Source: an uncultured Myxococcales bacterium (GTDB lineage: Bacteria; Myxococcota_A; Polyangia; HGW-17; SLPX01). Taken from it: a DNA stretch of 54,166 bases. Below, piece after piece: positions 1 through 10,070 of the stretch. The stretch lies in NCBI GenBank assembly GCA_964539505.1, contig CAZIJS010000006.1, positions 1 to 54,166 of the forward strand. Direction: 5' to 3'. The notes beneath the pieces were generated by a model. That model had not been told where the DNA came from. It was given only the letters and a program-made list of their open reading frames with translations, and made no database searches. The number at the start of each line of letters is the position of its first letter. Within the stretch, counting starts at the first letter, position 1. The position numbers and the translations under genes are program-made.

Positions 1-610
1 CAGGATTATTCTTGGTGCGCCGCGACAGGACCTGCATGGAACGCCGCACTTCTTCCTGGCGTCCGATCACCGGATCCAGCTTGCCCTTGCGTGCCAGGTC
101 GGTCAGGTCCCGGCAGTATCGCTTGAGCACGTTGTACTTGCCCTCGGGGTCCGGATCGGTGACCCGCACCGATCCGCGCACGTCCCCCAGGGCCCTCATC
201 ACCAGATCCTGAGTCATGCCGTTGTGCGCCAGAATCCTGCTGGCTTCACCGAAATCCTTTGAGACCAGAGCCAACAAAATATGCTCGGTGGACACGTACT
301 CGTCCTTGAACTGATCGGCCTGCTTGAAAGACTCATTGAGCAGGTCCTTGAGCCGGTTGCCGAGGTACTGGTCGAAAGCACCTCCTGAAACCTTCGGCTG
401 GCGCTCCAGGTAGGCCTTCAGATCCCCAGCCAGGGTCCTCGGGTCCACGCCCACCTTCCGGCAAATGGGCACCACGACACCATCGTCCTGTTGGAGCAGT
501 GCCAACAGCATGTGCTCGGCAGACAGCTCCTGGTGCTGATATCGCGTGGCGATTTCCTGTGCCTCGGCCAGGGCTTCTCTCGCCTTGATGGTCAATTTGT
601 CCATTCTCAT
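1..610 (-). CDS. clpB: ATP-dependent chaperone ClpB, N-terminal part (runs off window edge)
   Basis: Not in the ORF track. Manual translation from ATG 610 gives [21 protein letters not shown]...EHMLLALL...[13 protein letters not shown]...[47 protein letters not shown] upstream. Confidence 0.95.
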   Translation of the reverse strand, partial: MRMDKLTIKAREALAEAQEIATRYQHQELSAEHMLLALLQQDDGVVVPICRKVGVDPRTLAGDLKAYLERQPKVSGGAFDQYLGNRLKDLLNESFKQADQFKDEYVSTEHILLALVSKDFGEASRILAHNGMTQDLVMRALGDVRGSVRVTDPDPEGKYNVLKRYCRDLTDLARKGKLDPVIGRQEEVRRSMQVLSRRTKNNP

Positions 611-688
611 GTCTCGTCCTCCTCGATTCAGGCGACGACCCGTGGGCCGCGGGCCTGACTCTTTGTTTCCGTTTTTTCGTCCGTTCCG

Positions 689-727
689 TTCTCGCCGTTC
701 ATTTTCTCGCCGTTCAATTTCTCGCCG
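689..727. repeat. 15-bp tandem repeat (about 2.6 copies) in the htpX-clpB intergenic region
   Basis: TTCTCGCCGTTCATT / TTCTCGCCGTTCAAT / TTCTCGCCG. Confidence 0.8.
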
Positions 728-960
728 CCGCCGAGGTCTGTGGCCAGGTGATCCGAGCCCTGTCGTGCAGACACAGCGGTCCCAGGGCGAAGCCGCCAGA
801 CGTTGCATCACGCCTCGTATCTCGTATCCGCCCACCGCCCCCGTCGCTTCCTGACGGGTCGGATTGTGCCGTTCGTTCCAAGAGTCGGCACCTTGTCGAA
901 GCCGACTCAGCCTGACTTCGACGCAGCGTTCCTTGACGGAGCCGCCCGCCGACAGCCACA

Positions 961-1827
961 TCAAGACATCGCCATACCCCTGAGCCTGCGCACCCGATCC
1001 TCGATGGGCGGATGCGTGGAAAACAGGCTCGCCAAAGTCCCGCCGGTCAACGGCTGGGCAATGTAGAGATGCTGCATCGCCGGCATCGCAAGCCTCGAAG
1101 GGGCCTGCTCGTGATAGGCCTCCAGACGCTCCAGTGCCCTTGCCAATCCCATGGGACTGCCTGCAATCTCTGCTCCCACTCTATCCGCCTCGTACTCGCG
1201 TCCGCGGCTGATGGCCATTTGCACAATCATGGCCAGCAAGGGCGCGAGGATCAGCATCAGCAATACGCCCAATCCGCCACCCTCGTCATCCTCGGCACCG
1301 CCGAACATGAAGGCAAAGCTCAAGACATTCGCGAGCATGGAGATGGCGCCGGCAATGGTGGCGGTCACCGTCTGGATGAGCATGTCGCGATTTCTGACGT
1401 GGGCCAGCTCGTGCGCGAGGACACCTTCGAGTTCCCTGTCCGTCATCATGCGCAGGATACCGGCCGTCACGGCAACGGCTGCATGCCTGGGGCTGCGGCC
1501 CGTGGCAAATGCATTGGGCGCGTCATCGGGAATCACGTAGAGCGCCGGCATGGGCAACTGTGCCCTGCGAGCCAGCCGTTCTACCATGTCATAGAGCGGC
1601 GGGTTGTCCGCCCTGGTCACCGGCATGGCATGGTGTGCTGCCAGCACCATCTTGTCGGACTGCCAGAGCGCCAAGAGATTCAAGACCCCAGCAAGCACCA
1701 ATGCGCCCACCGCCCAGGTCATACCGCCGATGGCATAACCCACCAGACCGAAGAGGGCCGTCAAAGCAGCCACGAGCACTCCGGTCTTGAGATAATTTAC
1801 GATGAGCTTTGCCACGCTGCCGAACAT
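961..1827 (-). CDS. htpX: Zinc metalloprotease HtpX (peptidase M48)
   Basis: PNAFATG, zinc motif AHELAH, SRGREYEAD, LFSTHPP and TM segments. Start moved to ATG 1827 (MFGSVAK). Confidence 0.95.
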   Translation of the reverse strand: MFGSVAKLIVNYLKTGVLVAALTALFGLVGYAIGGMTWAVGALVLAGVLNLLALWQSDKMVLAAHHAMPVTRADNPPLYDMVERLARRAQLPMPALYVIPDDAPNAFATGRSPRHAAVAVTAGILRMMTDRELEGVLAHELAHVRNRDMLIQTVTATIAGAISMLANVLSFAFMFGGAEDDEGGGLGVLLMLILAPLLAMIVQMAISRGREYEADRVGAEIAGSPMGLARALERLEAYHEQAPSRLAMPAMQHLYIAQPLTGGTLASLFSTHPPIEDRVRRLRGMAMS

Positions 1828-1897
1828 CGTTCCACCTTCCATCGGTTCCCTGCCGCACCTTCGTTCGTCTGCGGCACGGGCGCGTTTGCTGTCATTT

Positions 1898-1925
1898 AAG
1901 CTAAGCACGGATCTCTGGGAGTCAA
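1898..1925 (-). promoter_or_regulatory. Putative sigma70-type promoter of htpX
   Basis: Minus strand TTGACT-16 nt-TAGCTT about 70 nt upstream of the htpX start. Confidence 0.4.
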
Positions 1926-2159
1926 CGACCCCCGCGTCCCTGGATGGGGCTCACCGGACTCCAGGCACAAACCCTCACCCCACCGCATCGAGACCTTCCA
2001 ACAACCGTGTCGACACAGAGAGATTCCGCAATGCTGCAAGGAAGGAAGCGCGAATGCTGCGTTGAACTTGACAGCAATCCTTTTCCGAAACACCTTGCCA
2101 CCACGAAAAACGAACCAACAAAAACGACGGCTCTCTGTCATCGTGGAAGACATCGATTC

Positions 2160-3293
2160 ATGGACAGCACAATCAAAATCCTCGACCATGGCCAGGAGGC
2201 CTTCGACCACATCTTCCACAGAATCGACTGCGCACGAAAGAGCATCCAGGTGGGCTGCTTCGTATGGCGCGACGACGAAACGGGCCGTCTGACCGCCAGG
2301 CATCTGCTCTCAGCCGCCGACAGGGGCGTTTCGGTACAAATCCGCAAGGATGCCATGGGCGCCATCTACGAATATTTCGATCCCAACATGCTCAGCTTTT
2401 TCCACAAAAAGCTCTCGCTGTCCGACAGGGCGAGGGTCGAGGGACTCTGTGCGGTCTACGGCCATGGGAGTCCGAGAAAGCAACGGCCCAGTCCCCTGGC
2501 CCAGGCTCTTGCAGCCCATCCCAACATCGAGCTCCACACGAATGAAAAAATCTACGATCATTCCAAAGTATTCGTCTTCGACGAAGAAACCATCATCGTC
2601 GGAGGCATGGGAATGGGTGACGATTTCCGGAGCCGATGGGTGGATTTCATGGTGGAACTGGATCATCCCAGGTACGTCGAACGGTTCCGAGCCCACCGAC
2701 TCGGCCCGCGGCCGGTGGATTGGGACGACGCCATCGATTTCGTCGTCAACGTCTTTCTTCCCGGTGGCGGCAAACGATTCGACGTCTTGCCAACGAGGCT
2801 GGCGGCGATATCCGCGGCAAGACGATCCATCATCATGGAGATGGCCTACCTGGGAGACAGTCGCATCACCGATGCCCTGGTTTCCGCCCTGGACCGAGGC
2901 CTGCGCGTCGAACTCCTGGTCTCAGGCAGGGCCAACATCCAGCATGACCTCAACCTGCGCACCATTGCCGAACTGTTCCGCAGGACCAGGTATCCTGAAC
3001 TCTTCCATCCCTACCTGCATCCCAGGATGCTGCACAGCAAACTCATGATTTTCGACGAGGCCCAAGCCCAGATAGGGTCGACGAACTGCACCACCGTGTC
3101 CCACGACGGCTTCGAAGAGACAGACGTCTGGATCCGACACCGGCCCACGGTTCGTCGAATTGTCGACGTGGTCCGGCGGCACCAGGCCCAATCGCGATTC
3201 CTGACGAGCCCTCCTCTCTATAGCAGCCTCTATGCAGCCATCGAAAAACGTCTCCAGGACGGTCACAGCCACGCACCAATGGACGATGGATAG
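2160..3293 (+). CDS. Phospholipase D family protein (cardiolipin synthase-like, no N-terminal TM)
   Basis: Two HxKxxxxD motifs (HSKVFVFD and HSKLMIFD...GSTN). Start at ATG 2160 (MDSTIKILDHGQEAF). Confidence 0.85.
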   Translation: MDSTIKILDHGQEAFDHIFHRIDCARKSIQVGCFVWRDDETGRLTARHLLSAADRGVSVQIRKDAMGAIYEYFDPNMLSFFHKKLSLSDRARVEGLCAVYGHGSPRKQRPSPLAQALAAHPNIELHTNEKIYDHSKVFVFDEETIIVGGMGMGDDFRSRWVDFMVELDHPRYVERFRAHRLGPRPVDWDDAIDFVVNVFLPGGGKRFDVLPTRLAAISAARRSIIMEMAYLGDSRITDALVSALDRGLRVELLVSGRANIQHDLNLRTIAELFRRTRYPELFHPYLHPRMLHSKLMIFDEAQAQIGSTNCTTVSHDGFEETDVWIRHRPTVRRIVDVVRRHQAQSRFLTSPPLYSSLYAAIEKRLQDGHSHAPMDDG

Positions 3294-3585
3294 CCCTGAA
3301 TCGCTTTTCCAACAACCCTGTCTTCGGGTCCAAAATCGGGAGACAGAGACGAAACCTCGCTTCGAATGCAGCGCCAAACCAAGGCTAATGGGGCCAAAGG
3401 CAGCCGACTGAGTTTTTCCTTGCGAAAGAAAAACTGCGCTTTAAGACTTACCTGTTTGACGCACCCGGACGACGAGTCACTTCAATGAAAGATCCGGGTA
3501 TTCACACGATATCTTCGCGACCGTCTGGGTCGGTCCTGTGGCACCCTCCAGCACGGCCCGCTGCACCAGGAAACGAGGCAATGGC

Positions 3586-4494
3586 ATGATCCCCTATCAT
3601 CAGTTCGGCCCCTGGCATCTCGGACCCTTCACCGTCTACCCCTTCGGCATCCTGGTGGGAATGGCCATCCTGGTAGGAACCTGGATCGCACAGAACCGCG
3701 CAGAACAGTTGGGACTCAACCCAAAAGCTTTCTCAGAACTGATCATCTGGCTCTTCATCGGCGGCTTCACCATGGCCCACGTCGTGTCCGTGGTTTTCTA
3801 CTTCCCCGACCGTATCAAGGAAAACCCACTCGAACTCCTCATGTTCTGGAGAGGCATCTCCTCCTTCGGTGGATTCTTCGGAGGGGTGCTCGCCATCTGG
3901 ATCTACACAAAGAAATACAAAATGCCCATTTGGACCACCATGGACGCCCTGGCCTGGGGGCTGTCCGTGGCATGGATCTTCGGGCGCATGGGCTGCACCG
4001 TGGCCTTCGACCACCCGGGAAAGCCGACCCATTTTTTCCTGGCTTTCAAAAACCCTCCCTATCCAGTGCCGGAAGGCTACGACGCCATCCACAATCTCGG
4101 TTTCTATGAAATGCTCTACACGGTCTTTTTGGCCGGCACCCTCTATGCCGTCAACAAATGGGTGGTGGACCGGGGCAAGGGATTCGCCGGCCTGACACTG
4201 GGGCTGCTGGCCACGCTCTATGCGCCGGTGCGTTTCGGCCTGGATTTCCTGCGCATTGCAGACAAACATTACCTGGGCCTGACTCCCGGCCAGTATTTCG
4301 CTTTCGTGGTCCTGGCCCTGGGCCTGTGGATTTTGTGGTACCGCCGACGGGCCCCGGACGAAACCTTTCCTCCCTACAACTACAAGACGGGCAAGGGCGG
4401 CCTGCTCACCGAGCAGGCGCCCCAGCGGAAGTCTGCCACCGCATCCAACAAGTCCTCCGTCACAAAGAGCAGCAAGAAGGTCGCCAAACACTAA
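3586..4494 (+). CDS. lgt: Prolipoprotein diacylglyceryl transferase
   Basis: Multi-TM protein with WRGISSFGGFFGG, GRMGC, HNLGFYE and RFGLDFLR motifs of the Lgt family. Start ATG 3586. Confidence 0.85.
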   Translation: MIPYHQFGPWHLGPFTVYPFGILVGMAILVGTWIAQNRAEQLGLNPKAFSELIIWLFIGGFTMAHVVSVVFYFPDRIKENPLELLMFWRGISSFGGFFGGVLAIWIYTKKYKMPIWTTMDALAWGLSVAWIFGRMGCTVAFDHPGKPTHFFLAFKNPPYPVPEGYDAIHNLGFYEMLYTVFLAGTLYAVNKWVVDRGKGFAGLTLGLLATLYAPVRFGLDFLRIADKHYLGLTPGQYFAFVVLALGLWILWYRRRAPDETFPPYNYKTGKGGLLTEQAPQRKSATASNKSSVTKSSKKVAKH

Positions 4495-4631
4495 GAACCG
4501 TCCATTGGAACCAAGCCCAGTCTCCCTGTCACGAGATTTTCTCGAAAAACTTCTTCCCTGAAGGTGTGAGCAGGCTTGCGAACCACCGCCCATTCGGCAT
4601 AAACTGCCCCATACACCCGGGAACGGAGCGA

Positions 4632-7031
4632 ATGCCGAGACGCACAGGTCCATTGGTTCTGATTCATGCCTCGTCGCAGCGGGCCTCCTCGGTCCATGAA
4701 CTGCTCGTGGCCAAGGGCTTTTCTGTGCTGGAAGCCCAGGCAGCCGACCTCCTGGAACTCTTCCTGGAGTTTCGACCGGACATGGTGCTGCTGGAACACC
4801 AGGCAGGCAACCAGACCACAAAAGACCTGGCCCGTGGACTGCGGGACACGGACCTGGGGCAGGTCGTTCCCATCATACTATTTGGAGACCCTCCCGGTCC
4901 CGCCCCGGTGGACATCGTCTCCATGGGTGCAGACCAGTTCGCTTCCCTTCCCTTGGACGAAACCTGGCTCAAAGAAAAACTGGCACGTCTCGGAGGCAAA
5001 GAGCGCAGCGAAGAACAGTCTGACGCTGGAATGTCCAGTGGTGATGGAGCCCACCAAGGTAAGGAAAATCAACCGGTGCAGGTCGGCGGTGCCCTGCCGG
5101 ACTCCACCGCGCCTGGTCTGCCCACCCAGACCAAGATTCCGTCGGCGACCGGGGGCCTGGAGACAAACATGGACATCTTCGGGGCACCCTTGAACGAAGA
5201 CGCCAGCAGTGTCCTGGGCGCCATCTCGGACGTGCTCTCTCCAGCCGACCTCCCCATGGACCAGGACATCGACATCGACGACCTGGACGTGGAAACCACG
5301 ATTCCCGGCATCGTGGACCAGGGCAGCGGTATCTTGGAGGGGGACACCGGTGAATCCGATCTCGACGTTTCCGACGACACGGACCAGGACCTGGCTTGGA
5401 AGGATTCACGCACGAGCCGCATCGAAGCAGAAGAACGAGAAGAAGACGACGACTCCAGGTCCCCTCCCCTGCCCGCCAAGGCCAAACCAGGATCCCTCGG
5501 CGCGGTTTCCCTCCCTCCCTGGCAGGTGTCTACCAGCGGCTCGATGCCTGGCGGGTCAGGTCGCCCCGCGGCCCCGCAGCGCCCTTCTGGCGCCAATCCG
5601 CCCTCGCCGTTCGACCCCACGCACCTGGCAGAGATACCTTCATCGACAGAAGTCATCACCGACGGGAATCCGGCCAGCCCTGAGCAGGACACGGTGGTCG
5701 GGCTCAAATGGAAACTCCAGGAACGCAGACACACCAGGACCGGCCATGCGGACTCGCATCCCAAGGAGCGAGACGCTGAAGGCACTGGGCCCAATCAACC
5801 CATCGAGCACGACCACGTCTCAAGAGACGAAGAAACCGGAGCGCAGGCAATCGAGAAAAGCGCAAGGCAGCCAAAGACCGACGAGACGACCGGGACAGTC
5901 CATCAACCAGAAACTTCCAGACAACGGGTTACCCCAAGGCCTGGCAACTCGGCACAATGGATCCCCAAGCCCATCCGGCCCATCCCGGATTTTCCACTCT
6001 CCCTCGATGCGGTTCGTCCCATGGATGCCTTCATGGCCCTGGCCTCCCACCAGGTGACCACCGGTCTGCGCATCCACTGCGACGTCGATGATTTGGAGAT
6101 CATCTTTCGCCTGGACGATGGGTTTCTCTCCGGAGCTTCCTGCGAAGCCCAAGATCTGTCATTCCTTCACTGGGCAGTGCGACGATCCTTCCTGACGCGG
6201 GATCAAGTCAATGCAGTCCTCGTGTCTCCAACGGATGGCGGGGCCGGCGCCGGAGACCGGGTCTGGTCCCTCCTGGTGAATCAGAGATTCCTCGTGCCGT
6301 CTCAACTCGCAGGAATCTACCAGGCCTGGGTGGCCTGGCTGTTCTATGAGGCGGTCTCCTGGCGCAAAGGATCCATGGACCAGACGGCAGAAGACCGAGT
6401 GACCGTTCCGGTCCCGGTCCATCTGGATTGGGCGAGCCTGGTTTGCGAGGCGGTCCGGCGCAAGTATCCTGCCACCTTGGCCCTGTCCCTGGTAGGCGGC
6501 CCAGAGGTTCATCGCGCCTGGCGTTCCGAAGAGGCCATGCAACGGGCCCTGGCCTTGCCGGATCTGTCCGTCGCAGAATCCAGGGCACTGACCATGCTCG
6601 GTGAAGGCCTGTCCCTGGGTGAATGTGCCAGACGCACGGGGATTGGGGAAACCGAACTGGCGGCCTTGATTCACGGCCTCGACATCCTGGGCATTCTCAT
6701 GGCACCGGACCGACGGGTCGAGAGAGCCCCGTCCCTGGGCTCGCCCAGGGCGCAGGCGGTCCGGATCGAGGCAAAACTCGACCAGGTGCGTGAAGGCGAC
6801 TACTACTCGCTTCTTGGAGTCCTGCCAACGGCCAGCCTGCGTGAAATCCGGGCAGCCCACGAGCAAATGCGCCAATCCTTTGAAGACGCGACCCTGGCCG
6901 AAGAGGTCAGAACACAGTTCGCCGAGGAACTCACCTTGATTCGTGAGGCCCTCGACGAGGCCCTGGCCGTCCTCACCCACCCACGCTACGCCACACTCTA
7001 TGCCGAAGCCTTCTTGAAGGACCGCAAGTGA
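4632..7031 (+). CDS. Multidomain protein: atypical receiver, long acidic/Pro-rich linker, DUF4388/PatA-like domain, J-like domain
   Basis: N-terminal REC-like FRPDMVLLE...VPIILF...GADQF. C-terminal DYYSLLGVLPTASLREIRAAH. Start ATG 4632 after GGAG. Stop overlaps the fmt GTG. Confidence 0.65.
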   Translation: MPRRTGPLVLIHASSQRASSVHELLVAKGFSVLEAQAADLLELFLEFRPDMVLLEHQAGNQTTKDLARGLRDTDLGQVVPIILFGDPPGPAPVDIVSMGADQFASLPLDETWLKEKLARLGGKERSEEQSDAGMSSGDGAHQGKENQPVQVGGALPDSTAPGLPTQTKIPSATGGLETNMDIFGAPLNEDASSVLGAISDVLSPADLPMDQDIDIDDLDVETTIPGIVDQGSGILEGDTGESDLDVSDDTDQDLAWKDSRTSRIEAEEREEDDDSRSPPLPAKAKPGSLGAVSLPPWQVSTSGSMPGGSGRPAAPQRPSGANPPSPFDPTHLAEIPSSTEVITDGNPASPEQDTVVGLKWKLQERRHTRTGHADSHPKERDAEGTGPNQPIEHDHVSRDEETGAQAIEKSARQPKTDETTGTVHQPETSRQRVTPRPGNSAQWIPKPIRPIPDFPLSLDAVRPMDAFMALASHQVTTGLRIHCDVDDLEIIFRLDDGFLSGASCEAQDLSFLHWAVRRSFLTRDQVNAVLVSPTDGGAGAGDRVWSLLVNQRFLVPSQLAGIYQAWVAWLFYEAVSWRKGSMDQTAEDRVTVPVPVHLDWASLVCEAVRRKYPATLALSLVGGPEVHRAWRSEEAMQRALALPDLSVAESRALTMLGEGLSLGECARRTGIGETELAALIHGLDILGILMAPDRRVERAPSLGSPRAQAVRIEAKLDQVREGDYYSLLGVLPTASLREIRAAHEQMRQSFEDATLAEEVRTQFAEELTLIREALDEALAVLTHPRYATLYAEAFLKDRK

Positions 7032-8002
7032 CCGAGAAAACGACCATGCGAACCATCTTCATGGGAACTCCCGAATTCGCCGTCCCCACCCTGGAGGCCT
7101 TGCACCGTGCCACGGATTTGCTGCTCGTGGTGAGCAATCCCGACAGGCCTTCGGGGCGCGGACGAAAACTTCGCCCCACTCCCGTCAAGCAAGCCGCCGA
7201 ACGGCTCGACCTGCCGGTGTTCCAGCCCAAGAGTCTGCGACCTGCCGCGGTGCGCGACCGGCTGGCAGACCTGGAGGTCGATGCCATCGTGGTGACTGCC
7301 TACGGAAAAATCCTGCCTCCGGAGATTCTCGCAATCGCCAAGCTGGGATGCGTCAATGTCCATGCCTCCCTCTTGCCCGCCTACCGGGGCGCCGCACCCA
7401 TCAACTGGGCCATCATGAACGGCGAAAAGGAAACAGGCATCACCATCATGCTCATGGATGAGGGCCTCGACACTGGCCCCATCCTACGACAAAAAAGCCT
7501 GCCCATCATGGAAGATGACACGGCCCAAAGTCTCTCCGACAAGCTCGCGGGAATGGGCGCCGGCCTCCTGGTGGAAACGCTCGATGACATGGCACGTGGA
7601 CTGGTCGAGCCTGTGCCTCAACCCGAACAAGGCGCAAGCTACGCTCCCATGTTGACCAAGGCCCATGGACTCATCGACTTCGGTCGACCGGCCCGCAGGG
7701 TCTTCGATCACATCCGCGGAACCGATCCCTGGCCCGGAGCCTTCACCTTCCTCGACGACCAACGGCTCAAACTCTTTGCGCCCAGACTGACCAAGGGCCG
7801 CGGCGAACCGGGAGAAGTGCTCGGGCTCGAAGACGAGGCCCTGGTGGTGGCCTGCCGAGATGAGGCGGTGGCCTTGGGCCGTCTCCAACTGCCGGGCAAA
7901 AAACAAATGAGCGCTGCGGCATTGCTCCAGGGACGTCCCATCCCTCCAGGAACGATCCTGGGCACGACACCACGAGATGAAACCGGAGGTCCGAGGTCGT
8001 GA
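7028..8002 (+). CDS. fmt: Methionyl-tRNA formyltransferase
   Basis: IFMGTPEFA, NVHASLLPAYRGAAPINWAI, GLDTGPIL. Alternative start ATG 7046. Confidence 0.97.
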   Translation: MTEKTTMRTIFMGTPEFAVPTLEALHRATDLLLVVSNPDRPSGRGRKLRPTPVKQAAERLDLPVFQPKSLRPAAVRDRLADLEVDAIVVTAYGKILPPEILAIAKLGCVNVHASLLPAYRGAAPINWAIMNGEKETGITIMLMDEGLDTGPILRQKSLPIMEDDTAQSLSDKLAGMGAGLLVETLDDMARGLVEPVPQPEQGASYAPMLTKAHGLIDFGRPARRVFDHIRGTDPWPGAFTFLDDQRLKLFAPRLTKGRGEPGEVLGLEDEALVVACRDEAVALGRLQLPGKKQMSAAALLQGRPIPPGTILGTTPRDETGGPRS

Positions 8003-9363
8003 GTCGATACCACTCCAACAAGGTGCCGTCGCTTCCGACCCAAATCCGCGACCTGGCCTTCGATGCCTTGACCAGGACCGAACGCGCCGAGAAAAATCTT
8101 TCCTCGGCACTCGATGACATCTTCTCGTCGATGCGTGGTCTGTCGCCCAGCCAACGCGCCATGGTCAGCGAACTGGCCTATGGCACCACGAGACACCGCA
8201 GACTCCTGGACCGGGCCCTCAGCGAGCGGTCCCGACGTTCACTCAAGGCCCTCCATCCAGGCCTCCACAGGGCTTTGAGGCTGGCAGCATACCAGATTCT
8301 GCTCATGGACAACGCCAACCGGGCCCTGGCCGTGGATCACGCCGTGTCCTTGGCCCGGCGCATCGTCGGCAAAGGCGGTGCCGGCTATGCCAACGCAATG
8401 CTCCGGCGCATGGCCGACGATCCCAGACTTCCTGAGGTCACCAGGCTGCGCGACCGTATCGCGGTGTCACAATCCTTCCCAGACTGGATCGCGGATATCA
8501 TGATCCAGCGTCTCGGTCCCGACGAAGCGATCCAACTCGCCGAGGCACTCAACGAGCGGCCGGCCCAACACCTCCGCGCCAACCGACAACAGATCTCCAG
8601 AGATGAGCTTGTGGAACGACTCAGGCAAGCCGGCATCGATGCCCAGGCCGGGCGATGGAGCGACGATGCACTGGTGCTTCGGGGGCTGGCCGACCCGGTG
8701 CGACATCCTCTGTATGCCGAAGGTCTCTACGAAGTCCAAGACGAGGCCTCACAGCTCCTGGCCCCGATGCTCGATGCCAGGGCCGGAGAACGAATCCTGG
8801 ACGCCTGCTGCGGAAACGGGGGCAAGACCATGCACATGGTTTCCCTCGGCCTGGACAAAGGCCTGCTGGTCGGGGCAGACAATGATCGACCGAGACTCCG
8901 TCAGGCGCGAAATCGGGCCGGCAGAACGGCATCCTCGGTGCAATGGCTGCTCACCGATCTCACCCAGCCTGCTCTACGGCCCGCATCCTTCCACCGCGTG
9001 CTCCTGGACGCTCCTTGCACAGGGCTGGGAACCCTGCGGCGCCATCCAGAAGCCAAGTGGCGACTCCGCAAGGCCACGCTGCGCTCCGCGGTTCAACTGC
9101 AGCGTTCCTTGCTCGACCATGTCTCCACACTCGTTCGACCGGGAGGCATGCTGCTCTACGTGGTCTGCACCTTCACCAATGAAGAAGGCCCAGACCAGGT
9201 CCGCTGGTTCCTGGAACGCCACCCGGAATTTTTGCATCGTCCTCTCACCGGCGTGGTCCCAGCCGACCTGATCGACGACCAGGGCAACCTGAGCACCTGG
9301 CCCCATCGCCACGGAATCGATGGGTTCTTCGCAGCCGCATTCGAAAGGAGTCAAACTTCATGA
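7999..9363 (+). CDS. rsmB: 16S rRNA m5C967 methyltransferase RsmB/Sun
   Basis: NusB-like N-terminus, VQDEASQL, LDACCGNGGKT, DAPCTGLGTLRRHPE. Follows fmt with overlap. Confidence 0.93.
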   Translation: MSRYHSNKVPSLPTQIRDLAFDALTRTERAEKNLSSALDDIFSSMRGLSPSQRAMVSELAYGTTRHRRLLDRALSERSRRSLKALHPGLHRALRLAAYQILLMDNANRALAVDHAVSLARRIVGKGGAGYANAMLRRMADDPRLPEVTRLRDRIAVSQSFPDWIADIMIQRLGPDEAIQLAEALNERPAQHLRANRQQISRDELVERLRQAGIDAQAGRWSDDALVLRGLADPVRHPLYAEGLYEVQDEASQLLAPMLDARAGERILDACCGNGGKTMHMVSLGLDKGLLVGADNDRPRLRQARNRAGRTASSVQWLLTDLTQPALRPASFHRVLLDAPCTGLGTLRRHPEAKWRLRKATLRSAVQLQRSLLDHVSTLVRPGGMLLYVVCTFTNEEGPDQVRWFLERHPEFLHRPLTGVVPADLIDDQGNLSTWPHRHGIDGFFAAAFERSQTS

Positions 9364-10055
9364 TCGATCTCGCCACCCACATGCCCGCCATTGCACCGTC
9401 CCTTCTGAGTGCAGACTTCGGACGCCTGGCCGAGGAGGTGCACGCCCTGACGGACCTGGGATTGAATGTCCTCCACCTGGACGTCATGGATGGCCATTTC
9501 GTGCCCAACCTCACTTTCGGCCCGGGGGTGGTGGCGGCCATCAGGGAAACCACGGACGCTCTGCTGGATGTGCACTTGATGGTGGAGCATCCCGAGACCA
9601 TGGTTCCCTGGTTCGCCGACGCGGGGGCCGACCTCATCACGGTGCACGCAGAGGCCACGTGGCACCTTCATCGCCTGGTGCAACAAATCCATGACAGGGA
9701 CAAACGCGCAGGAGTAGCCCTCAACCCTGCCACGCCCCTGACTGCCGTGGAAAACATACTCGCCGACCTGGACCTGCTCCTCATCATGACGGTCAACCCG
9801 GGATTTGGCGGACAACGGTTCATCGAAACCATGCACAACAAAATCGCCAGGGCCAAGAACATGATCGATCAGAGCGCCTCGACGGCACTGATCCAGGTGG
9901 ACGGCGGCGTGGGCCCGCACAACGCAGAACGCCTCGCATCCCTGGGCGCCACCTGTCTGGTGGCAGGATCGGCCCTCGTGGGACAGACAGATCGCAAGGC
10001 AGCCATGCAGGCCATCTACCAGGCAGCCGACAGAGCCTGGTCCCATGCCGCGTAG
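9360..10055 (+). CDS. rpe: Ribulose-phosphate 3-epimerase
   Basis: IAPSLLSADF, HLDVMDGHFVPNLTFG, MTVNPGFGGQ, VDGG. Confidence 0.97.
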   Translation: MIDLATHMPAIAPSLLSADFGRLAEEVHALTDLGLNVLHLDVMDGHFVPNLTFGPGVVAAIRETTDALLDVHLMVEHPETMVPWFADAGADLITVHAEATWHLHRLVQQIHDRDKRAGVALNPATPLTAVENILADLDLLLIMTVNPGFGGQRFIETMHNKIARAKNMIDQSASTALIQVDGGVGPHNAERLASLGATCLVAGSALVGQTDRKAAMQAIYQAADRAWSHAA

Positions 10056-10070
10056 ACCGCTCTCCAGCCG

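Noticed and set aside
611-660. RNA thermometer in the clpB leader
   Set aside because: A TCAGGC/GCCTGA hairpin exists but ends before the Shine-Dalgarno, which stays unpaired.
1895-1930. CIRCE/HrcA operator upstream of htpX
   Set aside because: Only a partial TAAGCAC resemblance, with no matching second arm at 9-nt spacing.
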